A stretch of DNA of 64,000 nt from Sedimentisphaerales bacterium (GTDB lineage Bacteria > Planctomycetota > Phycisphaerae > Sedimentisphaerales > Anaerobacaceae): positions 5,920,001-5,984,000 of the forward strand of contig OY970194.1 in NCBI GenBank assembly GCA_963708075.1. The letters are read 5' to 3'. Both the position numbers and the translations under genes were made by a program. Within the stretch, counting starts at the first letter, position 1. Every line of letters begins with the position of its first letter. Positions 33,165-44,362 of this stretch are shown in pieces. The notes beneath the pieces are model-generated. The model made no database searches. It was not told the origin of the DNA and saw only the letters and a list, made by a program, of their open reading frames with translations.

Positions 33165-34931
33165 TTACTCCCGGCCCGGGGCATGTCGAGCCGGACGTTG
33201 GCCCGGTGCAGCCGGGTCATCGCAGCAGCCCATGATCTCGACATCGTTGAACATCTTGCCGATCACGCGGCGCAGCAGCCCCTTGAGGCCGGCGTTCTTC
33301 AACGCGATACAGCTTGCGATGGCCTGCGATTTGTACGCCTCCAGCAGCCGCCACGCGGAAGCCTCGATCTGGGCAGAGGCGATCATTTGACGCGCACGCT
33401 CGCGGTCCGCGTGCGTCGCTGAGCAGTCCCACAGATGCTCGATCTGCCTCTTGTCTGCCTCGCCTGCATTCTCATGGGCCAGAGCCAGAAGGATCGAGGG
33501 ACGCCTGCCGGTGAAGATCTCCTCGCTGTGCGGCGAGCGGAGGTCGTCGAGGTCATCGTGAATCTGGTAGGCGATGCCGAGCGACTCGCTGTACTGCTTG
33601 AGCACGCCGGCAATCTGCTCGTCGCAGCCGGCGAGTATCGCGCCGAGATTCAGCGCCACTTCAAACGCCGGGGCCGTCTTCATCCGGAAGATGTCGAGGA
33701 CCTCTTTGACCGTCAGCGGCCCGGGCGTGCGCATCCAAGCCAGCTCGCTGCCCTGGCCCAGGCACAGACTACGATGCCCCCGGGCGGCGGCATCGAGGAG
33801 CTTGACTTTCTTTGCATCAGGCGCCTTCACTTCGGCCAGGAGCCTGTACCCTTCGCCAAGCAGCAGATCACCCACGTTGAGCGCGATCGGCACGCCGTAC
33901 TCCGCGTGAAGCGTCCTCTGGCCGTACCGCTCCGCGTCCCCATCCTCGATATCGTCGTGGATCAGGGATGCCTTGTGGAAGCACTCGACGGCGATGGCCA
34001 CTTTGCGGAGGTCTGCCTCGTCCACGTGGGACTCATCCGTGCAGAAGGCGCGATAGGTGCAGACGGCCAGGAACGGCCGCCATCGTTTTCCCGCCCTGGC
34101 CAGCCATTCGAGCGCCACCTGCTCTGTCTGGTTCATGTAGTTTGTAGGGTGTGCATCGCACACCTTCTCCTCGCCGATGGGCTGTTGGTGTGCGGTGCAC
34201 ACCCTACCGAGCAACAAGGCGAGTGCTTCGCGTGAAAACCAGCCGTCCACCTGCCGGTGCAGCGCATCGAGGTCGAGGCGGCGCGTCTGATCGTCGGTGG
34301 TCTGATAGATGGCCTCCCAGACCCAGTCGAGGTCCACGCTCGTGTTGGCGCAGCCGTCCTGGAGCAGGGGGATCGCAATGCCGGGAACCGCCCCGGCTTC
34401 CATGTACGGGAACACTCGTTCGAGAACGGACAGGCAACTGACGCCGACAACGCCCTGAATCTTGCCGGTCTCGATGAGGGACATCACCACCGGCGAGCCC
34501 TCTGCGACGAGCACGGCGTATCCGAGCCGCTCCGCCTGCTCCTTGAAATCGTTGATCACGCACCGGCCGCAATGCTCGCACAGCAGGCCGATCTCGTCAA
34601 AGCTCGCGGGACAGCCATCGACGCTGCGCAGACATTTGGATAGCAGGAGCAAACGCTTCTCAAAGGGAATGGCCGCCACGGTTTCGCGCCAGGCCTCGTT
34701 ATTTATCAGCACGGCGGCGAAGTCCGTGTACTTGGGGTCCGTACTGGTTTTTTCGAGTACAACTCGCGTGTGGGCCCGCAGCTCGTCCAGGGTCAAAGGA
34801 GGGACCGGCCGCTCCTGCTCGACGTAGGCACGGATGGCCGCAAGCAGCTTGTCGCGTGCGTGCTTGCTCTGCGGAATGTTATCCTGAGGCGGCCTCAACG
34901 GCTTGGCCGTCATCACACGGTCATCAGGCAT
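33165..34931 (-). CDS. Polyprenyl synthetase fused to an N-terminal Cys-rich DUF116-like domain
   Basis: GKRWRP, HDDIED (FARM), [11 protein letters not shown] (SARM). N-terminal CLR..C..CEHCGRC and GVSC. Confidence 0.87.
   Translation of the reverse strand: MPDDRVMTAKPLRPPQDNIPQSKHARDKLLAAIRAYVEQERPVPPLTLDELRAHTRVVLEKTSTDPKYTDFAAVLINNEAWRETVAAIPFEKRLLLLSKCLRSVDGCPASFDEIGLLCEHCGRCVINDFKEQAERLGYAVLVAEGSPVVMSLIETGKIQGVVGVSCLSVLERVFPYMEAGAVPGIAIPLLQDGCANTSVDLDWVWEAIYQTTDDQTRRLDLDALHRQVDGWFSREALALLLGRVCTAHQQPIGEEKVCDAHPTNYMNQTEQVALEWLARAGKRWRPFLAVCTYRAFCTDESHVDEADLRKVAIAVECFHKASLIHDDIEDGDAERYGQRTLHAEYGVPIALNVGDLLLGEGYRLLAEVKAPDAKKVKLLDAAARGHRSLCLGQGSELAWMRTPGPLTVKEVLDIFRMKTAPAFEVALNLGAILAGCDEQIAGVLKQYSESLGIAYQIHDDLDDLRSPHSEEIFTGRRPSILLALAHENAGEADKRQIEHLWDCSATHADRERARQMIASAQIEASAWRLLEAYKSQAIASCIALKNAGLKGLLRRVIGKMFNDVEIMGCCDDPAAPGQRPARHAPGRE
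34144..34207. repeat. REP doublet inside the polyprenyl synthetase CDS
   Basis: GTAGGGTGTGCATCGCACACC ... GGTGTGCGGTGCACACCCTAC inverted pair. Confidence 0.8.
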
Positions 34932-36495
34932 ACGCTTGCTTCTCCTCAACCACAGTGCCGGCCGATTGTGCCAATTGCCTGCCCAACCTCTTGAAGGCCC
35001 GTCGCCAGGTGACGATCTCACCCTTGCCCAGGGTTTGCATGATCGCCCGCTTGATCCAGGGCACGCCGCCGGCCCGCTCGTTATCCCAGAACAGCCGCGG
35101 CACCATTTCGAAATTCAATTCGTAGCACGTTCGGTACAACTCTAAATGCTCGGGTGTCATGCTGTCGAGAGAGAACCTGTGGCCGGATGCGATCTCCTCT
35201 TGTGACACGGGCTCATAGAATATAGGGAACACGACCGCGCGTTTGCGGCGCAGGTCTTTCACAAGCTCCAGCGTGGCCGTGACGTCTGCCGGCGTCTCGC
35301 CAGGCAGGCCCAGGATGATGCTGAAGACCGGGAAGAACCCGCAGCGGTTCATTCGGTCGGCCGCCTTGCGAATCATCTGGCCCCAGTTCTCAGGGTCGAA
35401 TGGCGCGATCTTGCCGGGGCTGTTGGCTGCCACCAGGCGCCCGTTGGCGCTCTCTGCACCCATGTTTACCCACAGATAGTCGCTCTTTTGCTCCCATGTC
35501 AGCAGGCGCCGGATCTCCTTGAGTTGCTCGTCGCTCAACTGGAGGACGGAAGAGATGTTCGCGTGGTCGATCTGCATGAAGGAGAGGCCCTTGATCTCCC
35601 GCATGCGTGATAGCAGGCCGTGGAGCCTGTCGAAGTCCGGCCTCACCCCTTGAGCGCCATAGCGGAAGAAATCCTCGCTGCCGCTGACGACCGCCCGCAG
35701 TCCGCCCGCCACGTTCGTCTGTAAGTCCGCGAGAATCGTCTCCTCATCCAGATGCGCCATCTTCTGGCGTGCCATGGCGCAGAACTTGCACCCGCGACCG
35801 CAGCCCCGCGACAATTCGATGATTCCCAGCAGCGACGGCCCCCGGATTGGCTGTATACGCTCAGCGCCGATGTCGGAATCGATGACGTTGGTACCGCAAG
35901 AGCGGCCGCTCAGCAGATCCGAGAAAAGCTGCGGGCCGGACGACTCGAAGTAGCCTTGAAAGACCACATCGGTATCGACGTCGGGTGTTTTGTCGCGGTG
36001 CGAGAGCCATTGCCAGGCGCCGGCTCCGCCCACGACGATCTTGAAGCCGTACTTGCGTTTGAACGCCGTGAGCTGCTCAAGAGTCTTCCGCGTCCAGTAC
36101 TTCGTGTATAGCTCGCCCGACCAGAAACTGGCCGTGGTGGTATTGGACATTCCCATGCCCAACGGGTCGCTGGAGCTGAACGCGACGAGCTTGACCCACG
36201 GTCCCATCAGGTCGGCCAGCCGCTCGGGCGTCGTGCAAACGATGTCCTCGCTGTGCAGGGCGGTGTACTTCAGCAACGCCGACTCGACCCGCCGCAGCCC
36301 AAGCGGGGCGACGTGGGCCCGCCCACCCGCATCCGTCGGTACGCGCGGCGCCAGGAAGCGACGCATGAACACCTCCGGCAAATGCGTGGTTTGCATGGTC
36401 GCGAACATCCCCTCGAACAGGATCCGGTAGCTCGCGCTGAGCGTCCGGTCTGCGACGAGAATGACAGCAGGCCGCAGGGAGTTGTCACCCGTCAT
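34924..36495 (-). CDS. B12-binding-like radical SAM protein resembling the GrsA/GrsB family
   Basis: CGRGCKFC (CxxxCxxC), [42 protein letters not shown]. Confidence 0.85.
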   Translation of the reverse strand: MTGDNSLRPAVILVADRTLSASYRILFEGMFATMQTTHLPEVFMRRFLAPRVPTDAGGRAHVAPLGLRRVESALLKYTALHSEDIVCTTPERLADLMGPWVKLVAFSSSDPLGMGMSNTTTASFWSGELYTKYWTRKTLEQLTAFKRKYGFKIVVGGAGAWQWLSHRDKTPDVDTDVVFQGYFESSGPQLFSDLLSGRSCGTNVIDSDIGAERIQPIRGPSLLGIIELSRGCGRGCKFCAMARQKMAHLDEETILADLQTNVAGGLRAVVSGSEDFFRYGAQGVRPDFDRLHGLLSRMREIKGLSFMQIDHANISSVLQLSDEQLKEIRRLLTWEQKSDYLWVNMGAESANGRLVAANSPGKIAPFDPENWGQMIRKAADRMNRCGFFPVFSIILGLPGETPADVTATLELVKDLRRKRAVVFPIFYEPVSQEEIASGHRFSLDSMTPEHLELYRTCYELNFEMVPRLFWDNERAGGVPWIKRAIMQTLGKGEIVTWRRAFKRLGRQLAQSAGTVVEEKQAYA

Positions 36496-37438
36496 GGTCT
36501 GCGTCCTTCCTGTCGGCATCGGCGGTCCGGCCCGACGATTGTCCTGAATTCCCCTGTGATTTGGCGGTGATCCGCTGGACTTCGCTGGGCGAGAGAGAAG
36601 TCAGCACATCCTCCGGGATGCCCAACTCGCGCCGCAGGCTCTCCAGCGTGGGACAGGATCGAGCGGCCGACTGCCCATCCGCTTGCTTTGCGAACCGCTT
36701 GTGCCCCGCCCCGCGTCGGCGGATCGTCTCAAGAATATCGCCCGTAGGGGCAACCCCCTGTGGTTGCCCAACCTGTGCTTGGTCCGGGACCTCTTCGCCA
36801 TTGATATGCGCGTCCGCGTATTTCGGGAAGATGATCGCCTGGTGCGGGCACATTCGGGCACAGGCGGGGCAGTTGGTCTTGCAGCCGGCCGGCTTTCGCA
36901 CCTCGACCCGGCCCTCGTCCGACAACGCGTACACGCCAAACAGACAGAAGTCCAGACATCGTCTGCAATTGTGGCACCGGTCATAGTCAATCACGGGGAA
37001 CCACGGAACCCAATCTGATTGATGATCGATTATTGATGATTGATGATTTGCTGCGCCGGCCGAAGGGGCGGATTTCTCTTCAATCATCAATAATCCATTA
37101 TCCTTCATCAATCCTCGGATGATTTCCTCCGGGGCTTGCGTTCTCATGTTGAAGAGCCGGGCCTGCCCGTTCAGGGGGACCCCGGCCGCGTGGAACAGCC
37201 AGCGAACGGCCCGGGCAAAGCACGCCACAATAGTCAGGGGGGCTCCGTCGGCCCAGGTCTTCAGTCGCAGGTCGCGATTGGCGGCCAGCCCGCACAGGTC
37301 CGGGACCACTTCCAGCGTCACGCCGCTCTGCCGCAGGCCGGCGAGAATCTGCTCTCTTGAGGCCCGGGGGATGATGTCATAATGATCGCACCCACAGAGT
37401 ACCACCCGCGGCCGTTTTGCCGTTTCAGCTACCGTCAT
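36485..37438 (-). CDS. 4Fe-4S dicluster (ferredoxin-like) protein
   Basis: [25 protein letters not shown] and [13 protein letters not shown]; extra N-terminal Cys (CGC, DLC, ACF). Confidence 0.85.
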   Translation of the reverse strand: MTVAETAKRPRVVLCGCDHYDIIPRASREQILAGLRQSGVTLEVVPDLCGLAANRDLRLKTWADGAPLTIVACFARAVRWLFHAAGVPLNGQARLFNMRTQAPEEIIRGLMKDNGLLMIEEKSAPSAGAANHQSSIIDHQSDWVPWFPVIDYDRCHNCRRCLDFCLFGVYALSDEGRVEVRKPAGCKTNCPACARMCPHQAIIFPKYADAHINGEEVPDQAQVGQPQGVAPTGDILETIRRRGAGHKRFAKQADGQSAARSCPTLESLRRELGIPEDVLTSLSPSEVQRITAKSQGNSGQSSGRTADADRKDADHDG

Positions 37439-37608
37439 GACGCACTGCCCTATGTACCAGGAAGCCTGTGTGGGACCGGGATCGTGCGACGCCCACAGGA
37501 CTCATCCACAACGAGGCCACTCGTAGGGGCGGGTTTCAAACCCGCCCGCATCCGGCCCCTACCTTCGTCGCAGCCCCGATTATACCCGATCTTCGCCCCC
37601 ATAGTTCA

Positions 37609-38841
37609 CTATTTGATGTCGTATGCGATCAGGGCGTCGCCATGGCGGATGTACAGCCGGCCGCCGGCAATCGTCGGATGGGCCCAATGCTCGTTCGTCC
37701 CCTCGGAAATGGCGAACTGGCTCACCGGCTCGAACGCCGCCGCACTTGGCTTGACCAGACACATCGTCCCATCCTGCCCATAGACGTACAACATCCCATC
37801 GGCAGCGACCACTACTGCCATCTTCGTCGTCGGAGCGTTCCACATCACCTTGCCCGTCTTCCACTCCATGCAGACAAGGCCCTTATTGCCGCTCTGAGCT
37901 GTGCCATAGATATAGCCGTCGATCAGAATCGTACCCTGCATCTGACAATCGAGCGTCTTCTCCGCCCATTTCGGCGCCGCACTGGGGCTGCTCTCCGCCA
38001 GCGACAGCATCGCACTGCCCGTTCCCATGCCCGACGACACAAAGACCATCCCATCCTGATACAGCGGCGGATTGGGCTGCACCCCCGCCCGGTGCGGATA
38101 TTCATGCCGCCAGACGACCTCGCCCGTCCCCGGATCGACCGCCACGACACCCTGCGCCAGCATGGTAAGGATAAGCTGCTTCCCATTGTGATTGACAAGC
38201 CGGGCCGAGCAGCAACCCGGAGCCTGACTGAGCCCCTTCGTCTGCCAGAGGACCTCGCCCGTGTTCTTATCGAAGGCCACAAGCGACGCATCCGTCCCGC
38301 CCACCGTGCAGACCGCCTTCTGACCATCCACAAGCACCGACTCGGCGAACCCAAATTTCGCCTGCCCGGCCCCAAATCGCTCCAGCAGATCCACCGTTTT
38401 GAGCACCTGCCCCTTGGCCGCATCGAAGGTGATGAACTTGCCAAGCCCGGTCACGAGATACGCCCGGTCGCCGTCAATGGTTGGCGTTGCACGCGTGCCC
38501 GCCACCGCCGGACCCTGTTTGTCCAGCTCCGCCCCGTACGCCACCTTCCACTTCGGCGACCCATCGAGCCCAAACGCGAACAGGTAACCCTGCTTCTGCT
38601 CATCCATCCCGGTCACATAAATGACGCCGTTCGCCACCGCGGCCGACGAATACCCCTGCCCCAGCCTCTTAGCCGTCCAGGCCACCTTCGGCCCGCCCTC
38701 CGGCCACCGCTTCAACAGCCCCGTCTCCGGGAACACTCCATCCCCCGCCGCCCCACGAAACCGCGGACAATCCGCCCCCTGAATCCCCGCCGCCAAAGCG
38801 ACTACCACAACGAGCGCTGAAACAATTGTTGTCGCGTTCAT
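37609..38841 (-). CDS. PQQ-binding-like beta-propeller repeat protein
   Basis: Signal peptide then ADCPRFRG, WPEGGP, WAHPTIAGGRLYIRH. Confidence 0.85.
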   Translation of the reverse strand: MNATTIVSALVVVVALAAGIQGADCPRFRGAAGDGVFPETGLLKRWPEGGPKVAWTAKRLGQGYSSAAVANGVIYVTGMDEQKQGYLFAFGLDGSPKWKVAYGAELDKQGPAVAGTRATPTIDGDRAYLVTGLGKFITFDAAKGQVLKTVDLLERFGAGQAKFGFAESVLVDGQKAVCTVGGTDASLVAFDKNTGEVLWQTKGLSQAPGCCSARLVNHNGKQLILTMLAQGVVAVDPGTGEVVWRHEYPHRAGVQPNPPLYQDGMVFVSSGMGTGSAMLSLAESSPSAAPKWAEKTLDCQMQGTILIDGYIYGTAQSGNKGLVCMEWKTGKVMWNAPTTKMAVVVAADGMLYVYGQDGTMCLVKPSAAAFEPVSQFAISEGTNEHWAHPTIAGGRLYIRHGDALIAYDIK

Positions 38842-38877
38842 AATTTGCCTCCTTTTTCTGCGATTATACCATTCTTG

Positions 38878-40077
38878 TCACTTTGCGAACAGACCCGCAC
38901 CTATTCGGGCGGCCTCGGACCCTTCGATAGGATGGAGATAGTTCCGTTTGGTCTGATCCATCTCCAGTGCAATCGGTTGGTCCGCCATCTTCGTCCCGAT
39001 GAGTTCGAGAAAGGACGGATCGATGTCTCTGAAATTGAGTGCCGGCCCTCCGCCGGACCCGGTGAACTTCTTATTGGCCGCAAACAGACTGTCATGCACC
39101 TTGTAGTGCACGGGTTCACGCGGCGCTCCGCCCGGTCCTCTCGGTGGCCCACCGCCGGGACCGCCGCCGGCCTGCCCTGCTTCCCCACGCGCCGATGCGG
39201 CTCCCTGTGCGATCCAGACATAGTTGGAGTTCGTGACGATGTTGTTGCGATACTCGAAATCGTTGGCAATGCCAGAGGTCCAGATCCCACAACCGTACGC
39301 GCCGTAGACGAGGCAGTTTCGCATGGCGTGGCCTGTACTGCCGCCGGTCCAATACACGACGGGCTGCTTGAGGTTGTAGAAGATGCAGTGGTCGAGAACG
39401 ATGCCGGTGCCGTTCGCGAGAATACCGAGATGGTTGGGATTCGTTACCTCATCGCCGGCAAAAAGGCACTGCTTGATCTCCAGATCATCCAGGTCGCGGC
39501 CGTTCCTCCCGATGGGATAGACGCGGTGGATGATTCCCGGCTTCGGATGCTCGACCACGGGTATGCCCAGAATCTTGAGCCCCTGGATCGTGACATGGCT
39601 GGTCTCGATCTGCATCCCATAGGCCACACCGCCGAAAGGATCGGGCCGTCTATTCCATGTTGGCGACAGCGGCATGGTGTGGATGAGCGTCGGCATACGG
39701 CCTGGATGCCAGTCGGTGTCATCCGGCAGCACCTCGGCTCGAATCGTCAACCGGCTGTCCTTGGTGAAAGACCGGTTTGCCGGCTTGAACTCGGCGGTCT
39801 CGCCGACCGCATACACGCCTTCCGAGAGGATGATCGTCATCGCTGTCGTGCCGTTACTCTCATTGATGCGCCGTGCGGCGGGCGCCAGCGTCCTTAAGGG
39901 GCTGTCTCTGGCCCCGGAGTTACCGTCGGACCCTGTCGCAGGATGCAGATAAATCGTGATGGCATCCGTTGGAGACGCTTTTGCGCCGCCCTCTTGTGCG
40001 AGAATACGCCCGGGGCAAGAGAACGAGGCCCCAACACCAGCCGCAAGAACCACCGAGAAGACTTGTCGTCTGTTCAT
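38878..40077 (-). CDS. Secreted right-handed beta-helix (pectin-lyase-fold-like) protein
   Basis: Tat-like MNRRQVF signal, GSDGNSGARDSPLRTL (DUF1565-like), repeated DHCIFY/NCLVY/NNIV rungs. Confidence 0.6.
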   Translation of the reverse strand: MNRRQVFSVVLAAGVGASFSCPGRILAQEGGAKASPTDAITIYLHPATGSDGNSGARDSPLRTLAPAARRINESNGTTAMTIILSEGVYAVGETAEFKPANRSFTKDSRLTIRAEVLPDDTDWHPGRMPTLIHTMPLSPTWNRRPDPFGGVAYGMQIETSHVTIQGLKILGIPVVEHPKPGIIHRVYPIGRNGRDLDDLEIKQCLFAGDEVTNPNHLGILANGTGIVLDHCIFYNLKQPVVYWTGGSTGHAMRNCLVYGAYGCGIWTSGIANDFEYRNNIVTNSNYVWIAQGAASARGEAGQAGGGPGGGPPRGPGGAPREPVHYKVHDSLFAANKKFTGSGGGPALNFRDIDPSFLELIGTKMADQPIALEMDQTKRNYLHPIEGSEAARIGAGLFAK

Positions 40078-40206
40078 AAAGCCGTCTCCTTGAATCAGAG
40101 TTTGAGATCCCGGTCGTAGCCAACCAGGGTAGCAGCCCCAAGGCAGTTGAAGGACCTCGAAGACGGTCAATATGCAACCATCCCCAAGCTGCACTTGAGG
40201 CTGCCC

Positions 40207-41687
40207 CTACTTGGTAATACAGTAAAGGTGGTCGACACCGCGCAGCAATAGACTCTCATCCATGACCGCCACAGAAGACCAGAACATCTCATCGAGCTTA
40301 TTGGTCGCAAGCACCTCCAGCTTCGGACCCGCTTTCAAAACCACCGTGACTCCGGTCTCGTCGAGGCAAAAGACCTTGCCGTCATTTCCCCAGGGCGAGG
40401 ACGTGAAGCCTTTGGCCCCTTCTATCCGCTCGCTGTAGTTCTCCTTGCCCGTCTTGGCATCGTAACATCTGACTTGGCCTCTCTGTTGGTCGAGCATATA
40501 AAGGCATCCCTCATAGAGTAGAGGCGAGGCAACGCGAAACGTCCGTAGCTGGTTGCTCCACGCGACGAACGTGTTGGACGTCTCGCCTTCCTTGAGGGAG
40601 ATATCGCCCGACGCCCCGGCACGGATGGCAACGATAGGGCCACGCCCTCCCATCATGCGATCAACAGAGTCCGCGTAGAGAAGCTCCTGATCCCCTACGG
40701 GTGTGAGGGAGTTGCGGCCGGCCCCGCTCATCTCCCAGAGTATCTGCCCATTCTCCGGATTATACGACTGCAGCTTGCTGCCACCGGCTGTAATCAGCTC
40801 GGTTTGCTGTTTGTTCTTCCAGATATAGGGAGTGGACCAGTTCGACTTCTCGTTGCGATCGACGCGCCAAAGTTCATTTCCGGTCTTCTTGTCGAGAGCA
40901 ACAAGGAACGATTTCTGGTCGTTGTCGCATTGGATGAAGACGCGGCCGCCGTAGAGCAGGGGTGAACTGCCCGTGCCCCAGCCCAGTTGCATCGGGTACA
41001 CACCCAGGTCCTTGCTCCATACGAGATTGCCGGAGACATCATAGCAGTACAGGCCTGTGTTGCCGAAGTAGGCAATCACATGTTCACCATCGGTGGCGGG
41101 CGTTTCCGAGGCGTAGGTGTTGTTTTGGTTGACTGTGGCCCTTGGCTTGCCTTCACAAGCTGTCTTCTCCCAGAGAATGTTTCCCGTGACGCCGTCGAGG
41201 CAAATCAGCTTCCAAGAATAGAGCTTATCCGGCGGTGGCGGCGGCGGGCCGAAGCCACGGAAACCACCTGAGCCACCAGGGCCACGAGAATCATCTGGAG
41301 CTCCTGGCCCGCCGGGGCCACGCAAACCATCTGGACCTCCTGGCCCAGGGGGGCCGCGGAAACCAGAACTGCTGGAAGTGGGTCCATCGGCTATGGCCAC
41401 AGGATTGAAGTTTCCGGCCTCAGGTTTCACCTGATTCTCCGTTACGGCGGTGGTCACGAAGATCTTGTTGCCCCAGACAATGGGCTGTGACCATCCCTTC
41501 CCGGGGAGTGCAACCTTCCACGCGATGTTCTTGTCTTGTCCCCACTCTGCGGGGAGTCTCTTCTCTGGTGCCAGGCCGCTGGCTTCAGGCCCACGCCACT
41601 GCGGCCAGCTCTGTGCGCGGCGCAACTCGCGCCAATCAGTAACACGCAAACCGCAGCTTCTATGGACCATCGATGCATCCTTCTCAT
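40207..41687 (-). CDS. PQQ-binding-like beta-propeller protein (frameshift in the signal region, ~41617)
   Basis: WPQWRGP, SQPIVWG, ASETPATDG. The signal peptide MRRMHRWSIEAAVCVLLIG lies in another frame. Contains a Gly/Pro-rich repeat insert. Confidence 0.85.
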
Positions 41688-41745
41688 GGTAGTTCTCCGG
41701 TGAGTAGTTTGTCCTGGTTCACACACCAGGATTTCACGGTTCATG

Positions 41746-42498
41746 TTATCGTGGCTCCCGCTGCTGTGCCTGCTCGTCCGCTGCAATCTTGACGACTCGG
41801 AACAGATGACGGTCCCCTGGCGTTCGCACGTATCCGCTCGCAACCAAGGGTTTTGACGTTCCATGTGCTTGAATGCCGGCTGCGACTGGATTGTGCTCCA
41901 GGTAATAAATACTCGTGCCGTCGGCTGTCACCACCCGGAGTGCAGGCCAATGCTCATGTCCTTCGTGCAATACGCAAGCCGTGCACACAACTTCCCCCTT
42001 GATCGTCGTCATAGCCTGTGCTGAATGGGGAGACGCCAACCACACCACACCAATGATCGCGAGAGCAGCCAACGAAGCGGCCCAGACGATCGCACCAGGC
42101 CGATAAGCCATTGCCCAGAGGCTTCTTAACTCGGTGCGGATGGTGTCGGTTAATTGCCGGGAAGGCCCCAACAGGATAGCTTGGGATTCTTCGAGTTCCT
42201 GGTCTTGCCTGAAACCGTCAGACTCAAGTTCCGTTCGCACAGCGTTAGCAAATGCGTCCGCTCCTTCCCCCTCAGCTTGCAGTCTTGTCTTCAAACCTCG
42301 TACAAATGCCTCGGCTGAACGCTCTGGCGACTGCGCATGTGACCACATTTCCCACAAGACCAGGTGCTGCTGCAAGTTCCGCCCCAATGCAGGTGATTCG
42401 GCCAGGGCGCGGGCCAACTCCTCCGCTTCCGGCGCCGTCATCTCCCCTTCAAGCAAGCGGCTCAGTAAGTCCTCGTATCGCTCGGGATTCACAGCCAC
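41746..42498 (-). CDS. Putative anti-sigma factor (single TM)
   Basis: N-terminal LLSRLLEGEMT..E..EL helix, one TM helix, CxxC. Overlaps the ECF sigma stop. Confidence 0.6.
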   Translation of the reverse strand: MAVNPERYEDLLSRLLEGEMTAPEAEELARALAESPALGRNLQQHLVLWEMWSHAQSPERSAEAFVRGLKTRLQAEGEGADAFANAVRTELESDGFRQDQELEESQAILLGPSRQLTDTIRTELRSLWAMAYRPGAIVWAASLAALAIIGVVWLASPHSAQAMTTIKGEVVCTACVLHEGHEHWPALRVVTADGTSIYYLEHNPVAAGIQAHGTSKPLVASGYVRTPGDRHLFRVVKIAADEQAQQREPR

Positions 42499-43028
42499 GC
42501 GCCTCCAATCTTTCTTTCAATGCATTCCTTCACCGCGACCCGGAGTCGCAGCAGATTCTGTCTTACAGCATCGGCCTTCATTCCAAATTCACGGGCGAGG
42601 GATGTTGCGTTTTCACCGCCTGAGTACCGACGACGTAGAAGCTCTTGGCTGCGGGGGGGCAATCGTCCGACACACTCCTGCATAGGAGATAGCAAGTGAT
42701 TAAACTCCCTGTCAAAAGCCATGTCTTCGCCGGTTTGGCGCAATAACACTTCCGCAATCGCAGAGGGGAACAAACGTGATCGGCGGGCTTCCTTCCGAAG
42801 CTCGTTGGCGACCAGATTGCGCGCGATGCCGCGGAGCCACTTGGCCAGGTCTGTTGCTGCCTGGGAGACTTCCCGCCGGCGATAGGCGATGATAAAGGTT
42901 TCCTGAGCCAAGTCATCGACCCACGCTTCGTCCGCTCCCAGCGCCCGAATGAATGCGCGTAAGCCCGCCTGGTGCTCGCGCACGGAGCCTTCGAATTCCT
43001 GGATGGATCGTGATTCAATTGAGTTCAT
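42489..43028 (-). CDS. ECF sigma-70 factor
   Basis: DDLAQETF, WLRGIARN, CVGRLP..LL.RRY, LLRLRVAVKECI. Confidence 0.9.
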   Translation of the reverse strand: MNSIESRSIQEFEGSVREHQAGLRAFIRALGADEAWVDDLAQETFIIAYRRREVSQAATDLAKWLRGIARNLVANELRKEARRSRLFPSAIAEVLLRQTGEDMAFDREFNHLLSPMQECVGRLPPRSQELLRRRYSGGENATSLAREFGMKADAVRQNLLRLRVAVKECIERKIGGAWL

Positions 43029-43032
43029 ATTA

Positions 43033-44137
43033 TTGATCTTTGAATAGTTAAAGTAAAAGTGACACGATGTCACAGTCTAAGCCCAGCATGCTTGAAGAAC
43101 GAACGCAAGAGAGACTGGTGAGTTTTTGTCTGCTCCAGCGAATGTCGCACCGCCTGCGTGAGGTCAGTGAGATTCTCCGGGCAGAAGTTGGCCAAGTCCA
43201 TGTACTTCGTCCGCGTCCAGACCTGTTCATCAGGATTGAGTTGCGGGGCGTAGGACGGCAGCCATTCGATTTGTACTCGACGAGGGAACCGACGCCGGAG
43301 TTGCTCCACGGCGGACAGATGAACGGGCCAACGATCCAGGACCAGGATGATCCCGTGGGGAAAATGTTCAAGAAGTTCCGCCACGAGGGTCTCAATGTCG
43401 GGAGTACGGATGTTGTGCTCTTGGAGCGCGAAGTACAGGTCCAGATGCCGACGCTGCGGCGAGACCGTGACCACCGACATTCCGGAGAGGCGGTCGTGAC
43501 GCTCCCAACGGTACAGGAGCGGCGTATCCCCATGGGGACCCCAGGTCCGGCGGACCACCGGCTGGAGCATAAAGCCGGTTTCATCGAGAAAAACGATGTT
43601 TCGACCGCTATGCCGAGCTTTTTTTTATACGCGGCCAGTCTTGTTGACGCCAACGGGCAATGGCCTCTTCGTCGCGTTCGCGCGCCCGGCCTTCGGGTTT
43701 CTGGCAACTCCAGCCGATGCCACGCAGCACGTGCCAGACCCCGGAAGGGTCGTAGCGGACGCCGAAACGCCTCTCGATCACTTCGGCGATCCGCTTCAGC
43801 GTCCACAGGTCGGTCATATATCCGTGGGCGAGAGGACCTTTTAACAGCAACCGTTCCAGCTTCTGGCGTTGCCGGACCGTCAACTTGGGCCGGCGGCCGG
43901 GATGCGGCTTGGCCTTCAAGCCGTCCCGTCCCGCCTGCTGAGAAATCTTCTTCCACCGGGATACAGCCGCCGGCGAGACGCCGAGTCTCCGGGCCACTTC
44001 GCTGGGACCGTGACCGGCTTCGAGCAACGCGAAGGCCTGAAGCCGGTGACATTCGAGCTCTTCGGGTTTTCCTGGGGTTCTCATGCATGAAGATATCGAT
44101 CCGTCACGGCGATTTACTTTAACTATTCAAAGATCAA
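43033..44137 (-). mobile_element. IS630-family insertion sequence
   Basis: Perfect terminal inverted repeats TTGATCTTTGAATAGTTAAAGTAAA, flanking TA duplication (43031-32, 44138-39), and a two-frame transposase. Confidence 0.95.
43070..44084 (-). CDS. IS630 transposase (orfA HTH 43608..44084 + orfB DDE; -1 frameshift at A-run ~43620)
   Basis: HTH with WTLKRIA; FLDETGF, LDRWPVH, LPSYAPQLNPDE; slippery ATAAAAAAAAGC. Confidence 0.9.
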
Positions 44138-44362
44138 TAGGTGCCATCACAATACAATGTCGCAAGTCTAAAAGGTGTGACCCAGAAATCTCGGTGTAGC
44201 GATCCTTTGTGCAATCGCGTGTCATCTATGCAACGGCATGAGACCAAGCAGAACAATGGATAAGCACCCCCAGAGCATCTTGGCCACACTAAGAGACTCC
44301 GGCGGCCAGCGTAGGGATGGTCTGGAGAACGTGTCGTCCGTCCATAGCCTTGTCTCCTTGAA

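Noticed and set aside
41230..41370. Tandem Gly/Pro-rich repeats in the PQQ protein
   Set aside because: An ordinary low-complexity linker; no sign of a separate element.
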